Origin: Octopus vulgaris
Taxonomy: Eukaryota
Reading direction: 5' to 3'
DNA: 64,000 bases
NCBI GenBank assembly: GCA_951406725.2
Contig: OX597817.1
Location: forward strand, 96,038,001 to 96,102,000
The notes under the pieces are model-generated. The model saw only the letters and a list, made by a program, of their open reading frames with translations, ran no database searches and was not told where the DNA came from. Positions 30,867 through 44,869 of the stretch are shown here, in pieces; position 1 is the first letter of the stretch, and each line of letters begins with the position of its first letter. The translations under genes were made by a program, and so were the position numbers.

Positions 30867-31528
30867 GCACATTGCATACAGCAAAATGATGCGTGCTTCA
30901 AATATCTTTCCTTTTCCTTTATCATTGTCTTACTCTAATTTGATAAAAAGTTCAACCAAAACGTCTATCGTTTTTTGTTTTTGACATACTATTCACTGTG
31001 CATAATTTGTAATGTTTGCGTGTGTGTGGCTAACTTTGTCCATTACTTTGCAAATTTTTTACTACATGTAATTCTGTCACTGTCCATCTGTCCACCTCTT
31101 ATTTTTCTTGTTCCAAATGTGCTATTTCGCTTTTCATACACACACATACGTGTGTGTGTGTGTGTGTACATATATATTTTTCCATTCTTCTCTTGAAAAG
31201 GGAGGCCGAACTTACTGTACTTACTATAATAACTTCATGACTTTTCGTTTGTTGCATTCCTATAACGTTATGCGCGTATCATCTGCGAATTATAGTTATT
31301 ACGTACCTTCTGGCTTCTTGAAATAGCTATCGAGATAAGAATTTGCATATTCTTCTTTCTATATATACATTTTCTTTATTTCCTAAACTCTACTATATGT
31401 GTTCCTAGTAAATGTCGATAACAGACCTCAATGTATTTATATATTTATCTAACAGCCTCTCTCACTCTCTCCCTCTCTCTCTCTGTATGTATGTATGTAT
31501 GTATGTATGTATATATATATATATGTAA

Positions 31529-31559
<31 letters not shown>

Positions 31560-32175
31560 ATATTATTATATGATTGAACGCCAAACATCCCCTTCCAAAT
31601 AGGTTTTATCTTAATAATTCTGATGCGCACCCTATTACGATCTTCTTTCGTTTTTCTCTTTTTCTTTGACCTCTTTTTCTCCCACTATTCTATCCTATTA
31701 CTCTGTCACACTCTCTCCGTCACTCCTCCCTTGCTCACGTGGCTCCCACAACACCATCGGCCATCTTTCTTTCTTTCTCTCCTTTGTAGCTTGAACGGAA
31801 AGACGTGTTCTTGTTTGTCTCCTATCCTAGCTTGATTTACGCATTCGCCAACACAACCTCGTTAAGGCTTAGTAGCCCTTCCTGTTTGTTTTTACTATTC
31901 TGTTTGTGTTATCAATTTTGCCCCTCCGCAACATCCCAAATTTTATTTAATTTGCTTTGCGGAGGCAACTGTCTTATAGAAAGCGTACATTGTTGTTAAA
32001 TGCTCGAAATACGAGACTAGAAAAACAGCCAACAACTGATGAAGGGTTGTTCTTTATGTGGTTTGTTTTGTTTTCTATTTGTGTATTTCATTGTTCGAAA
32101 GAATAGTTCATGTTCCATGTACTTGCGCTTCGTACTTTTTGTTGTACACGTTTCGTGACGTCCTGTACCAACATA

Positions 32176-32251
<76 letters not shown>

Positions 32252-32296
32252 ACCATTTAGATTATTTTTCTTTATTTCTCTTATGTAATATTTCAG

Positions 32297-32772
32297 GAGT
32301 TTGTGGTACAATGTCGCCAATTGAAATAGTATTCCTTGTAAACAACGTTCATTTTGGACAGAAAAGAACTGAAAAGATTTTACGAGCAATAAATCATGTA
32401 GAGAGAAAAATCCACCACACTTGTGTTTCACACTTTAGAACAATATTTGAAGATTGTTCAACATTTGAAGACACGTTTGACACTTATAATCCAAGAAATC
32501 GAAATCACAAATTTAACAATTGTCGCATTGGTATTTTCTTTGTCCAGAGAGGCATGAATTTCCAATCACCAATTCTTCAAAACATAACTAGAAACTTATT
32601 AAAAGATACTACTGAAATCTTTGCCGTCATGATTGGAGATATTAAAGAAGTGTCTGGATTACGATATTTTATTAAAGACCAGAATATCATCAAAGTCCCA
32701 CATATTGAACTTCTTACGTCTTCTTTAAGTGAAAATGTCAAAAGAGTTATTTGTAACAACAACTATATCTGA
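32297..32772 (+). CDS. Terminal exon: degenerate vWA-like domain ending in a stop codon
   Basis: tttcag|GA GTT TGT GGT... encodes VCGTMSPIEIVFLVNN...RIGIFFV...EIFAVMIG...VIC. Phase 1 matches the upstream exon; the Cys...Cys bracketing parallels the first domain. Confidence 0.75.
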
Positions 32773-33088
32773 TATGCTTTGGATTTACATAAATTCAGGA
32801 AAAATTGGATTTCTTCAAATAATCATCTGAAATTATAATTCATGAAAACATTTTTACACATTCATACATTAACTAATATATGTTAGGTATGTCTCATGCC
32901 AAGTTATTTTGGTCTTCATTTGATTATCACTCAGTAACACGAATACACATATTTATACATTTTCGCTTTTCTATTTTCTCTCACTCTCTTGAATATATAA
33001 AAACACACACACATATACAAACATATTCACACTCCTATACACATATACATACATATATGGGTATATGCATGTATGTAGATGTACGAAT

Positions 33089-33127
<39 letters not shown>

Positions 33128-33224
33128 AACATACTTACATATACGTATGCATACATATTTGTATATATATATGAAACGGATATTAAAAAGTGTCAGCAAC
33201 ACTTATTGTTCTTTTTATGCATAC

Positions 33225-33230
33225 AATAAA
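33225..33230 (+). promoter_or_regulatory. Candidate polyadenylation signal of the vWA gene
   Basis: AATAAA ~450 nt after the stop with T-rich sequence downstream; weak evidence in AT-rich DNA. Confidence 0.3.
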
Positions 33231-35106
33231 GATCAATTTTACTTCCTGTTGACTTAATACACTTTATCAACTAAATATTATATATTTTTTAAAATCCAAG
33301 GTTACTGACTACGTCACAGAGCATATTCTCCACCAAGCTAATGGACAGCTTTGTTATCAAATTAATCAAATGACTATACTATACTGCAGTCATTTACTAT
33401 TCTGCAGCACAAGGGTGACTTAATATTTGTATTTATTCCCACAATTTAATCGAAGATATCGTTATTCGGTGATTCTTTTGTAATTGGCAAAGTTACTTGT
33501 TTCCTGTTAATTCTTTTTCTTGCTTAGTGTATATATATCCCATAATTTTGTAAAACGTGAAATTTGCTAAATGCTACTTACTAAATGCGATTTTGTATCC
33601 ATTGTCCCATTGTCTCAAGAAAGTCACCAATAAGTAAAACATAACAAACTAAATTTTACTTTAAAGCTAAAATTTATTGAATTATCACACGATCAGAAAT
33701 TTTGCGAAGTTATTCGATCGATTCAGTCGAATGTTATTCTAGATATCAACCAAACAGAAATGAGCATCATATTTCTATTTGCTTTCCAAATATGCAAATT
33801 TCTGAGAGCATGTATTGTTGACACAAAGCAGCAATCAATATTTTCTTTTGTTCACTGACCAAATAGTACGTGGTTAAACCAGGAATTGTAGCGACTGGAA
33901 AGTAAGAAAATCTGCCGATCGCCAACATTATGAAATTTCCAGGTATTCCAAAGTTGATTCTCATTTCATTAAAGCTTACTCGTATGTTTTATTTTTAATA
34001 AATCAGATTTGGTTGCCATTCTAAACATGGCAGGCTGTTCCTCATATTCATTGTGTCTGTTGTACAACAAAATAATACAGAACAAATATTATAAGCAACT
34101 CTACAAGCGTCAAATTTAACTGATTCTTCCTATTAATTCTGAAGGTTGATACAAATGTAATTCGTCAATATCTTTCCCTCACTACATAGTTAACTTAATG
34201 GCAGCTTATTTAATGTAGTATTCATAAAAAAGCTTATCAGAAACAATTACGCGGTGAGAAAAATGACTTGCTGAATGACTAATAATGCTTTAATTATTCT
34301 GGTAAGAATGGGAGACTATTCCAAACAGATGGTTGAACTAATTACACATCCTCAGCGAAGCTTTGACATCACGGTGAGTCGAAGCAATGGTGAACAAATT
34401 CCTAAATAGACGTTAAACAAGTTGGCACAGAATATTAGAATATTTTAGAGAATAAATTTAAGAGAGAAATTAGTCAAAGATGCTGTCCGAAAGAAAAACA
34501 AAAATTAGTTGAGAACAAACAAATATAATGCAGTGGATATTTAAAAGCAAATTTGAAATAGCAATACAAGAAATAAATATAATGTGAGTGATTTATGTAT
34601 TTTTTAATTATTTCAACAAGTACAGGAGACAACATCAGACATATTTTGGATAATCTTAATATTATTCACTGTAATCCTGGAGCAGTGATGGAGTGGTACT
34701 GTGTAATTATGCAATGCACTTGGTGGCGTACAAAATTACAATATTTTAGAGAACTAATTGCTCAGAGGAATTATCAGCTCACTGTTAACACGAAAAATAA
34801 TAAAGCAGTGTAAATTATACGTAATTCAGCAAATATAATTAAGTTTGTGTACTTTACATGTAATAAAGTGAGTGTTAAAAAGCTAATTAGAAATAATTAT
34901 ACGATGAGGAAAATCAATATTAGTCAAAGCTTAATGTTATTTTCTTTGTTCCAGCAAGTATGAGAGAATGTTAAGTTAATAACATTCATAGTTATTATTT
35001 CTTAATGCACTTACAAAACGACAAAATTTGAGTTTTATCACTTCTTTACGATAGAAAAACTTTAGCACATGAGAGCCATTATAATATCTGGCGGAATATG
35101 TGTGTG

Positions 35107-35180
<74 letters not shown>

Positions 35181-35221
35181 CATATATATATATATATATA
35201 TACATACATACATACATATAC

Positions 35222-35270
<49 letters not shown>

Positions 35271-35551
35271 GTCACTATGTGGATTCAAGTAATCCGATAG
35301 TATTCATAAAAAAGCTACTTAATATATCATTCTACAAAGCATATACTACAATAAAAAAGAAGACGATAAGGAGTATATAAAGTCATAAATGACAAAGAAA
35401 TAGTTACATGAAATTTTACTTGACAATAAGAAAATTCTAATGTAACAAATTATATAAGCATATGTGTGTGTATATGTATATATATTCTATATATATGCAA
35501 TTGTATGTATATGTATATATAAATATATGTGTATATGTATATATCTATATG

Positions 35552-35618
<67 letters not shown>

Positions 35619-35647
35619 GTATGTATGTATGTATATGTATATCTATA

Positions 35648-36615
35648 TAGGGGAGAATTCACAAAGAAATAAAAGACAAATACAGGTGGTGTAGACAACA
35701 AACAGATGTATTAGTATAACGCTCGGGAAGTGGAAAACTCTTTAACATTTCGAGCCTACGCTCTTCCAAAGAAAGGAACACAGAAAGAAACAAGGGGAGA
35801 AAATAAAGAATGTGTAGTGGCTAGCGATCTATCATGGCGATAGCCGGGCAGAAGGGTCACACAGGAGAGCTAGGGAGGAGAGATAACAAAGTGGTAGTGA
35901 TCCCAAAACAAAGGTGCGCGTGCGTATGTATGAGTGTTTGTATGTGAGTGTGGAAGAAGGCTGGTGATCTTGACGTGTGCGTGTGTGTATGTGTAGGTGT
36001 GAAAATATGGGTCTGGGAAGTGGTCAGTGCTGATGTGTGCGTGGTGGTCTGTTGTGATGTGATGTGTTGTGTGGTATGGTGGTGTAAGGTGTAGTGGTGT
36101 GTGGTGTGATAGTGTTGGTAGGTGGGAGAGGCGAGAGTGGGGAAAGCAAGTGAGGGGTGTGGGTTAGACTGAGGGTGGGGGTATAGGTGGGATAAAGGTG
36201 GGGTGTGGGTAGGCGGAGTATGGGGGTAAAGGTGGGCTTTGTGGGAGTGGGTGTAAGGGGTGGGGTATGGGGAAGGATATGGAAGGAGGGGTTGGAATGT
36301 GTAGGGGTGGAGTGGGCTTACGAGGGAGTGGTGACGATGAAGGGAAGAAGAAGAAGGTGGGTAGGAGTGAAGAGAAGAGAGGAGAGTAGGAGTGAAGAGA
36401 AGAAGTTGGAGCCGGAAGAGGTGGGTGGGAGGATGTAGGTTTGAGGGAGAGAGAAGCGAGGGGAGGAGAGTTGAGCCCATGTGGCGCAAAGGAGCGAAGA
36501 GAGAAGATTAAACCCTGTTCACGGCGCAAACGGGAGTCCGGATGGCCCCAGTGCAAGGACAATCGAACATGGACAAAGAGTGACCGGTAGAGCGGAAATG
36601 GCACGAAACCGGGCT
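35648..36615 (-). mobile_element. Penelope-like element 3' end: GIY-YIG C-terminus, pyrimidine-rich UTR and family A terminal repeat
   Basis: DSPVSCHFRSTGHSL / SRLRREQGLIFSLRSFAPHGLN matches the PLE endonuclease C-terminal motif; decayed hammerhead at 35739-35776. Confidence 0.8.
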
Positions 36616-36616
36616 A

Positions 36617-39200
36617 TCATTGCCGAATTGGATTCTTCGTTTTGAATTTCAGTCTGTTCAGATTAAAAACATTCTCTTTTGTTCGATATTTTATGTAAAT
36701 AACCTCCTCAAAGTTTTGAAAAGCATGTGACAACACAACAGCAAAATATATTGCAAAGAGGGTGGGTGCAAAAGATTCAGAGAGCCTACCACCAAAATTA
36801 ACTCTAGCTTTCATATCTTGATGCAAAACCCTGATGATGTTTACAAATTTTTCTGGGCAACCTATTTTCCTTTGAATTAGCCACAGAGCATTTCGATTAA
36901 CAGTACCGAATGCCTTGCTCAAATCAACAAAGCAATGGTACAGAGTAAGATTCTGTTCAATGCACTCTTCTTGTAATTGTCTGATAGTAAAGATACAATC
37001 AGCTGTGCCCCTGGAGGAACGAAAACCACACAGAGACTCAGATATTATATTTGGAACTATAAAGGTATTTAAACTTTCTAACAAAAGGTGGGCAAGTACC
37101 TTTCCAACCACAGACAAAAGCGAAATCCTACGAAAATTACCACACATATCCTTTGACCCCGATTTATATAAGGAAACTAAAATGGCATCAATCCAGTCTT
37201 GAGGCACTTTCTCAGTTCTCCAACAGTGACAAATTAACATATTTAAGAGTTCAAACATTGTGTCACCCCCATATTTCAAAACTTCTGCACAGATTCCATC
37301 AGACCCCGGAGACATTGTTATTCAGCTTATTCACAGCTAAATAAATGTCATTTAGAGTTTGTTCAAATGCCATCTCTTCTATAACTGGAAAGTGTTCAAT
37401 TTTTTCTATCCGCCTCATGTCAACGGATGATGGTCTCTTCAAAAGTGCGGAAAAATGCTCTACCCAACGCTTATGAATAGAAGCGGTGTCAGTCAAAAGA
37501 AAACGTCCATTTGCTGTTCTCACTGGAGCTATTGAAGAAGATTTTGGGCCACTTACCTCATTAACATAAGAGTACAAACCCTTGGCATCATTTCTATCAG
37601 CTGCTTCTTGTGCCCCTTTTGGTCTATCATTCTACCATTCCTGTTTAATTTTCCTTAGAGCAATCTGCACTTTCCTTTTCAGCTTTCTGTAAGCTTCGTT
37701 TGATTTGAGGTTGCCTAAGTTTTGTTTTTCTAAAAGTAGATTATGAATTTCTGCTGATCTGAGAACCAGTCACTGGAGATATGTGATTTAAATCCCACTG
37801 ACGAACTTGCAGCCTGAAATACTTTTGTTTTGAAATCTTCCCATAGATTGTTTGGGTCAAGATTGATACTTTCTACAGTATTGTGGAATCTTTACAAGTT
37901 TCTTGATAATCTAAAATTTGAAACTTTAAATTAACTTTTTGGGTACCTTAGGACCAGACTGTCGATTTTTAATCATTATCGAAAAGTCTATTTTTTCACG
38001 CACTAGATGATGGTCTGCCCAGCTCTAGCCCGAACGCTAGAAACGTCTTGCATATCACGTTTTCTGATTAGAATATAATCTATGAGATGCCAGTGCTTAG
38101 ATCTTGGGTACATCCACATGATTTTATATTTATTTTTCTGCTTAAACAGAGTGTTGATGACAACCAGATTATTCTCAAAACAGGCCATGAAACATATTCC
38201 TTTCCAACTCTTGCATTGAAATCTCCCAATATGACCAGCTTGTGAGAAATTGGTACTTTCCTCAATAATTGTGCAAGATCATCATAAAATTGTCCTACTG
38301 TTTCATTAGAATGGGACATTGTTAGTGCATAAATACTGACAACGTTAAGAAACCTACCTTTTGTCAGTTTAATACGGCATGACATGATCCGCTCAGATAT
38401 ACCACTTGGAAGTTCTGCAATGGAGGATTTTAATGTATTCTTGAGAGCTAACCCAACACCAGATTCTCTACGCTGAGCCTTAGGTAGGCCTCTCCAAAAG
38501 ATAGTATATCCATAAATAGGTTCATTTACTTGACCCTCACCAGAAATACGAGTTTCAGAGAACTCAACTATATCAAGGGAATATTTCTTAAGCTCACATG
38601 CAATAAGTATAGTATGCCTTTTTGGCCTCTTGTTGAAATTATCATGAAGAAGTAGGCGCACATTCCAATAAACAAAATTCAAAGAATGTTTATTTTCACT
38701 TTTTCTTGAAGATTGTTTGACCACAGTAGCAGAATGACGACCGGGTCCTGCATGTGATACACTGGGACACCGACCGAGCCTGGCCTGTTCCCCTGACGTT
38801 CCCAAGCCTTTTTTTGCCATTTACTGAATCTGAGACATTTCAGAGTAAGTTACAAGTACATTTTTAGGTTTCTGCCAACCAACCAGTTCAATGATTTTAC
38901 CAAGATTTGGAGTACAGGAAGTACCTGTTCAGGTGAATAATTTTCAGTAGGTATAGCTTGCACTGCACTACACACACCTATTGGCCCAAGAAGACTTTCG
39001 CCGGTGTGACATGGAAATTGACAAAACTAGGACCTCAGGTTTTATTTCGCAGATTTCCTTCTCCTAGGTCGCTCTTGAGTGCTACTGATAACATGTTATC
39101 CAGTACAACCTTTGACATGGTCGGGTCGTTGTCGTCTAAACTGGCAACCCCACCAGGCTTACTTGGTAAGGAGGGTGTTGTTGGACACCCTGCGGGATGA
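36617..39200 (-). mobile_element. Decayed RTE-clade LINE (APE endonuclease + RT), 3' truncated
   Basis: WNVR...SETR...SGVG...VILGDFNARVG, HWHLIDYIL; PGSDGI...ISLLSVVGK...GFRSSRGTAD...FVDLSKAF. Confidence 0.92.
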
Positions 39201-39479
39201 AAAGTAAGACCCGATAAAGGGCAAATGAACGCCTGAACAGAAAATTTCTTTATTAACCATATAAGGTTGAGAAAAAGAGGGGACGATACGAGGACAGACA
39301 AAACAAACATTGGGGTCAGGGGATCGAATGGGGCGAAACGTATGAATAAACAATTAAACTATATACAATTAAATGAGAAAGAGTGATTTATAAAACATGA
39401 AGCGGAGGACGCAGTCGACCCCATAAACCACTTACTCACACTAAAGATTTTTTTTTTTTCTTTTTTTTTTTTTCTCGTT

Positions 39480-40650
39480 TAGACAGGTTCTTTCAATCGC
39501 AACATACTTGCTACAGACTTCCATCTTTTACGAAACACACTTTGCGACAGGCATTTCTTCATTTCTTCTCCAGCCTTCTTCTCCAGCATTTCTTCTCCAG
39601 CCTTTTTTTCCGTTTCATGTGAAAAACGAAAAAGTCAATTAACCCGAGACTGGAGATGAATATGCCTGTTGCAATTCCTTTCACTCTCGTCTTCCATACT
39701 ACCTCTTCTGCAACGATGTCGTCCGCATACGCCAAAGTTGATTTCCGCACCCTAGATCTTGCGGAGCGCCCCTCATAGCTTCCAGCTTCCTCAGCAATGG
39801 CACGAGGGCCAAAACGTAGAGAAGCGGAGAGAGAGTGCACCCTCGACTTACTGATCGTTCAATGCAGAACGGCTACGAAAAGAAACCGTTCACCCGAACT
39901 ACCGATTCGATATCGCTGTATAAAGCGTTGATCCACCCACGGAAGGTCGGGCCGAAGCCAGCCGCCGCGAGGACTACCGCCAGATACTGATGGTCTACCC
40001 TACTGAACACTTTCCATTGGTCTAAATGGACCATAGCCCCACCCTTGCCAGGAATCCTATTTACCCTTTCTAAGGTATAGCGTAGAAAGTGGAGATTGCC
40101 GTGGACGGTCCTGCCAGGGATGGCGCACGTCTGCGCCTGGTCAACAAGTCCACTCACGACCCGCACCAACCTTTTTGCTAAAACCTTGCAAAAACTAAAA
40201 TTTTCAACTCTGCGTTAAGCAGAGTGATGGGCCTTGTTTGGTCCTTTCTTAACAGCGCCACGACACCTCGGCTCACAGACTTGGGAATTTTCTCGTCCTG
40301 CTGCCAGTCGGTGCTACTATACAGTTCGTAAGGCAGACCATCGATATCCGGCGATTTGTCCCCACCGCAGTCTGCTAACACATCCTCGACTTCCTTGGCT
40401 GTGATCGGCGCTTCACAAGATTCCGTATTCCACCCCGAGAGACATGGCGAACCGGCCAGGAAGTCTGCGAGCTTCTCTCCGCGCTCCAGTCTGTCGCTCC
40501 TCCCGAATAGCTGGGCGAAATGATCATGAAACACCTTGTACATCTCCTCGGGTTCGTTTACTGATCGACCATGTGGGTCCGTCAAGGATCGAATGGTCGA
40601 GTTGCTACCATCCGAGCCCATCCGGCCGCGTTGATCCCTTCCTGTCTCAT
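39480..40650 (-). mobile_element. L1/Tx1-clade LINE RT fragment
   Basis: KSPDIDGLPYELY, RPITLLNAELKIL, QTCAIPGR, LDQWKVFSRVDH, AYADD. Confidence 0.88.
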
Positions 40651-40659
40651 AGCCCTGAC

Positions 40660-40950
40660 ATGCACCCTTCTATGCATAAGATGCATAGAAGATGCTTGTA
40701 AAGATATGAACATGACATACATAGGGGAAACATCAAGGAGTATTGCGGAAAGACATTTGAGACAATATGACGACAAAAAACAGTCTTCCATGCTCTACCA
40801 ACATACCAAGGACCAATATGGAGGTAACCTGTGTCAACTTGACATCCGAATTTCATCCAAGCACCCGAAGGACCCAACACTCAGACAAATACAAGAGAAC
40901 GTCCTCATAAATGAAACATCCCCAGTACTAAGTAGGAAATATACGTAATA
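40660..40950 (+). pseudogene. Penelope-like GIY-YIG endonuclease remnant
   Basis: IRC...C...TYIGETSRSIAER...SSMLYQH...RQIQENVLINETSPVL. Confidence 0.8.
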
Positions 40951-41277
40951 GATAATCACTCTCCCATACCCAAAGTTTATATTTATATACAGGTAGAATA
41001 GTTAGTGGGTTGTTGTCTAGATGTATGCATGTGTATGATGCACAAATATGTAGGCAAATTGATATGAAAATAAACCGATACACATAGAGACAGATAGGTA
41101 CATAGGTAATATGAACGGACAAGAACACATACACACACACACACACTCATTCGGACGTGCACACACAAGGAGACAGTGGTACACACATACACACCTGCAA
41201 ACACACATACACATAAAAATACACGAACACACAAGCACACAAACATATGAATATGCAGAATACATAGATACAAACAT

Positions 41278-41334
<57 letters not shown>

Positions 41335-41647
41335 TACACACACATACATACATGCTTACACATATTCATGCATGCATGCATGCATACATACACACACATC
41401 CATCTATCCATCCATCCATCCATCCATACATACATACATACATACATACATACATACATACATACATACATACATACGTACATACACGTGTATGCGCACA
41501 TTCACTGACCCCCAGACATGCGTACAAACAAACAAAAACAACACAAATTGAATAACGGACAGAGTCAACAATTACTGAAAAGAAAAATTTTATAAAACTA
41601 AATAAATGGACGTTTTATTGGTGAGTGCGTTAAATTATAAGGCACTA

Positions 41648-41711
<64 letters not shown>

Positions 41712-41919
41712 TGCATGTATGTATATATATGTATCTATATATATATATATGTATATGTATATATATGTATATGTATATATGTATATATATATATATATAT
41801 GTATGTATAATTATATATGTATATATATATATATACGGATGTATATATATATGTATGTATATATATACGTATGTATTTATATATATAGGTATATATATGT
41901 ATATGTATGTATATATATA

Positions 41920-42122
41920 ACGGGAAGCTTTATGAAAATAGACAAAAGACGGAGGCAGGTGGAAAACAAGCAAACAATTGTATTAGTATGGCGCTCAGGA
42001 AATATAAATAAAACAAGTCTTTAACGTTTCGAGCCTACGCTCTTCAACAGAAAGATACACAGAGAGAAAAAAACACAGAAAGAAGGAGAGAAAAAAAATG
42101 CGTGCAGTAACTAACGAACCAG
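41920..42122 (-). mobile_element. Penelope-like terminal repeat (family A) with hammerhead-like motif at 42018-42055
   Basis: tcttt-CTGTTGA-a-gagc gtag gctc-GAAAC-GTT-aaaga with a 5-bp stem I. Confidence 0.7.
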
Positions 42123-42190
42123 TGTATATATACATATACGTATTTGTACATATATATATATATATCAATATATCACTTATATATGTAATA

Positions 42191-42258
<68 letters not shown>

Positions 42259-42640
42259 TTAAATAGATAGATATAAGTATGTATACATACTTATTAAAAT
42301 AAATTAAGAGAATCTTACTTTACAGTTTTCATTATTACAGTCATTTATACAGTATATTCAATTTAAAACTGTCCGTCATATGTTTCTGCTGCTTGGATAT
42401 CTCGTTATATGATGTTCACTTGCATCTGTATCAAGATTTCATCCTGGTTAAAAGAACGTGTCTATGCAGCTTTATTCAAGGTGTTGCCACTATTAAAGTT
42501 TCAAGCGAAAAATACTGTTTAAATGACTGTAATAATAACTGTGTCAATGTATAATTCCCCTTATTTTAGCGTCTTGGATGTACACTCCGTAACAGTTTTC
42601 AATCCAACGAAGAGAACTCAGGATCTACCTATCCAGTGAA

Positions 42641-43685
42641 ATCATCATCATCATCATTGTTCGACCGTGGTCGAGACAATGGAATTTACCATGCTACGCC
42701 AGATTTCACGGTCCATCATAGCATTACGGAGGTCCTGTTGCTGGATGCTTGTATCCCTGGAGATTACATCAGTGTAGGAGAGTGTGCGCCCTCTGGTATG
42801 CGAGTAGATTGCTTCCAGAGGAGAAAAGTAGAAATTGCCTCGTTTTCAGCTCTACAACAATGTCCAGCAAACTGGACTCTCCTACCTTTCACAAGAGCTG
42901 ACGCAGGTGGTAGTTTCCCATATATTTGTATTTTGGTTGGATGACGCTTCAACGAGAGATTTTGAGCTCTCATAAGGAGGTGAGTGTAGGTTCCATCCAA
43001 CCACCTCTCAAGCTTCTTTGAAAACGTCCAGGTTTCTGAACCATATAGTAGAATTGGTTCGACTGTGGCTTTGAAGATTTTAAGTTTGAAGTCTCTACTT
43101 AGATTTGATGACCAGATCTTATGCATATCATTACAGGCTGACCAGGCCATATCCTTTCTAGTTAGAATTTTTTTTCCAGATGATGATATGCATGACCCAA
43201 GATATTTGTAATCAGAAACCATATTTAAGGGCGTATTGTTTAGAGTATGGATGATGCAATCACTGTTGGACAGTCACTTGTTTACATATTCAGTCTTGGC
43301 CTCATTGAGGTAAAGACCTACACAATTTGAGACTTGTTCGAGAGATTGTAAAAGAGACTGGGCATTGGAGAGAGAATGACTGATACGAGCGATGGTGGTC
43401 AGCAAAGTCAGTGTCTGTCAAGTATTCAGCTAGGTGTCTGGAACTTCTTCTAGGTTTTATTTCAAAACCCTTGCCAGAAATGGTATCAACTGACATACGT
43501 AGCACATAGGCAACGACGATGATGAAGAGAAATGGGGCGAGTGTGCCTCCCTGCAGTATTCCGGCTTTGATTGAGAAAGATGATGTTTCTCCATCAGGGG
43601 TTAAGATGGTTTAAGACGTATCTGTGTAGAGGACCTTGATGGCAGAAATGACTTTGTCTGGAATCCCTTAGAGCTTAAGGATTTC
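42641..43685 (-). mobile_element. RTE-group LINE 3' half with (TGA)n tail
   Basis: GILQGGTLAPFLFII, DTDFAD, YKYLGS...ILLYGSETWT; tandem tail at 42641-42658. Confidence 0.88.
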
Positions 43686-43715
43686 CTTATACCTACCTAC
43701 ATATTTTAGAATAAG

Positions 43716-43806
43716 ATGCTTGCCCAAAGTACCACGCAATGAAACTGAACCAGGAAGCATGTGGCTGGGAAGCAAGCTTCTTACCACACAGTGACGCCTG
43801 TGCCTA
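43716..43806 (-). mobile_element. 5' fragment of tRNA-derived SINE (58645 family)
   Basis: gtgtggtaagaagcttgcttcc...ggttcagtt. Confidence 0.7.
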
Positions 43807-44210
43807 TATACGTAAAGCGCCTAAAGGACGATCATACGCCCTTAAACATCAGGTGGAAATTACTAGAAACTTGTGAACCCGATCGCTATGAAATTGTGTA
43901 TAGCAGAAAAATATATAATCCTTATGAACTCACATGAACCAGGAGGCTACCTAAACTCCAAGACAGAAGCCGTGGGTAGTTGTCCATATTTTCGGAAATT
44001 CTTCAAAATTGGAAAACCTAGCTATTAAGAGACGGAAGACAACTAACTCGGCCATAATTTTTAAGAGGAATATTTCTTCAACTATCACCGTTGTTCTTGT
44101 GTTTTAAAAGTCATTATTTGCAGAGAACAGTTATCGTTTAGAAAAACTGAAGATATGTCTAATTCACGCTAGATATGAAACCAATGGTATTTCTCTAAAA
44201 CTGTTACTTT

Positions 44211-44284
<74 letters not shown>

Positions 44285-44637
44285 AAAGTCCCTCTGAAAA
44301 CCTCAATCAAATGCAAACATAATAGGTTAAGAATAATAATTTGGGACAGGGAAGAGTAACTATGTATAGCAGTGGAAATCAGTTGCTCAGCAGATATCAA
44401 CGTAGAACAACTGCAAGTTCAGATTTAAGCCAGAAAGGCGAAAGCTTATAATAAGATTACAGATGCAAGTCATCAATGGAGCTGTGAACATATGTAAAAC
44501 TTTTCAAAGGTTTGGAATATAAGTACGTATGCACATGACTAGGTGTGCAATTTTATATATGAGTATACATACATAAATACACATCTGCACATGTACTGAC
44601 TCCAAATACGTGCACATATGTACTCAACTACACATAA

Positions 44638-44823
44638 CTACATACATACATACATACATGCATACATACATACATACATACATACATACATACGTACGTA
44701 CGTACGTACATACGTACGTACGTACATACGTACATACATACATACATACATACATACATACATACATACATACATACATACATACATACATACATACATA
44801 CATACATACATACATACATACAT
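44638..44823. repeat. (ATAC)n microsatellite
   Basis: Seen directly. Confidence 0.97.
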
Positions 44824-44869
44824 AGTGCAGTCTTTCTTGGGTCTGTGACCAGTATCTCACATCACACTT

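Noticed and set aside
31970-32115. CTGATGA and GAAA motifs in a repeat beside (TA)n
   Set aside because: Possibly a decayed Penelope repeat, but no convincing complete fold.
34275-34301. ATG-initiated mini exon MTNNALIIL|GTAAG
   Set aside because: No credible partner exon; likely chance.
42370-42482. Minus-strand gctgc...gcagc-a-GAAACATATG layout like a long-stem hammerhead
   Set aside because: Core too degenerate to call.
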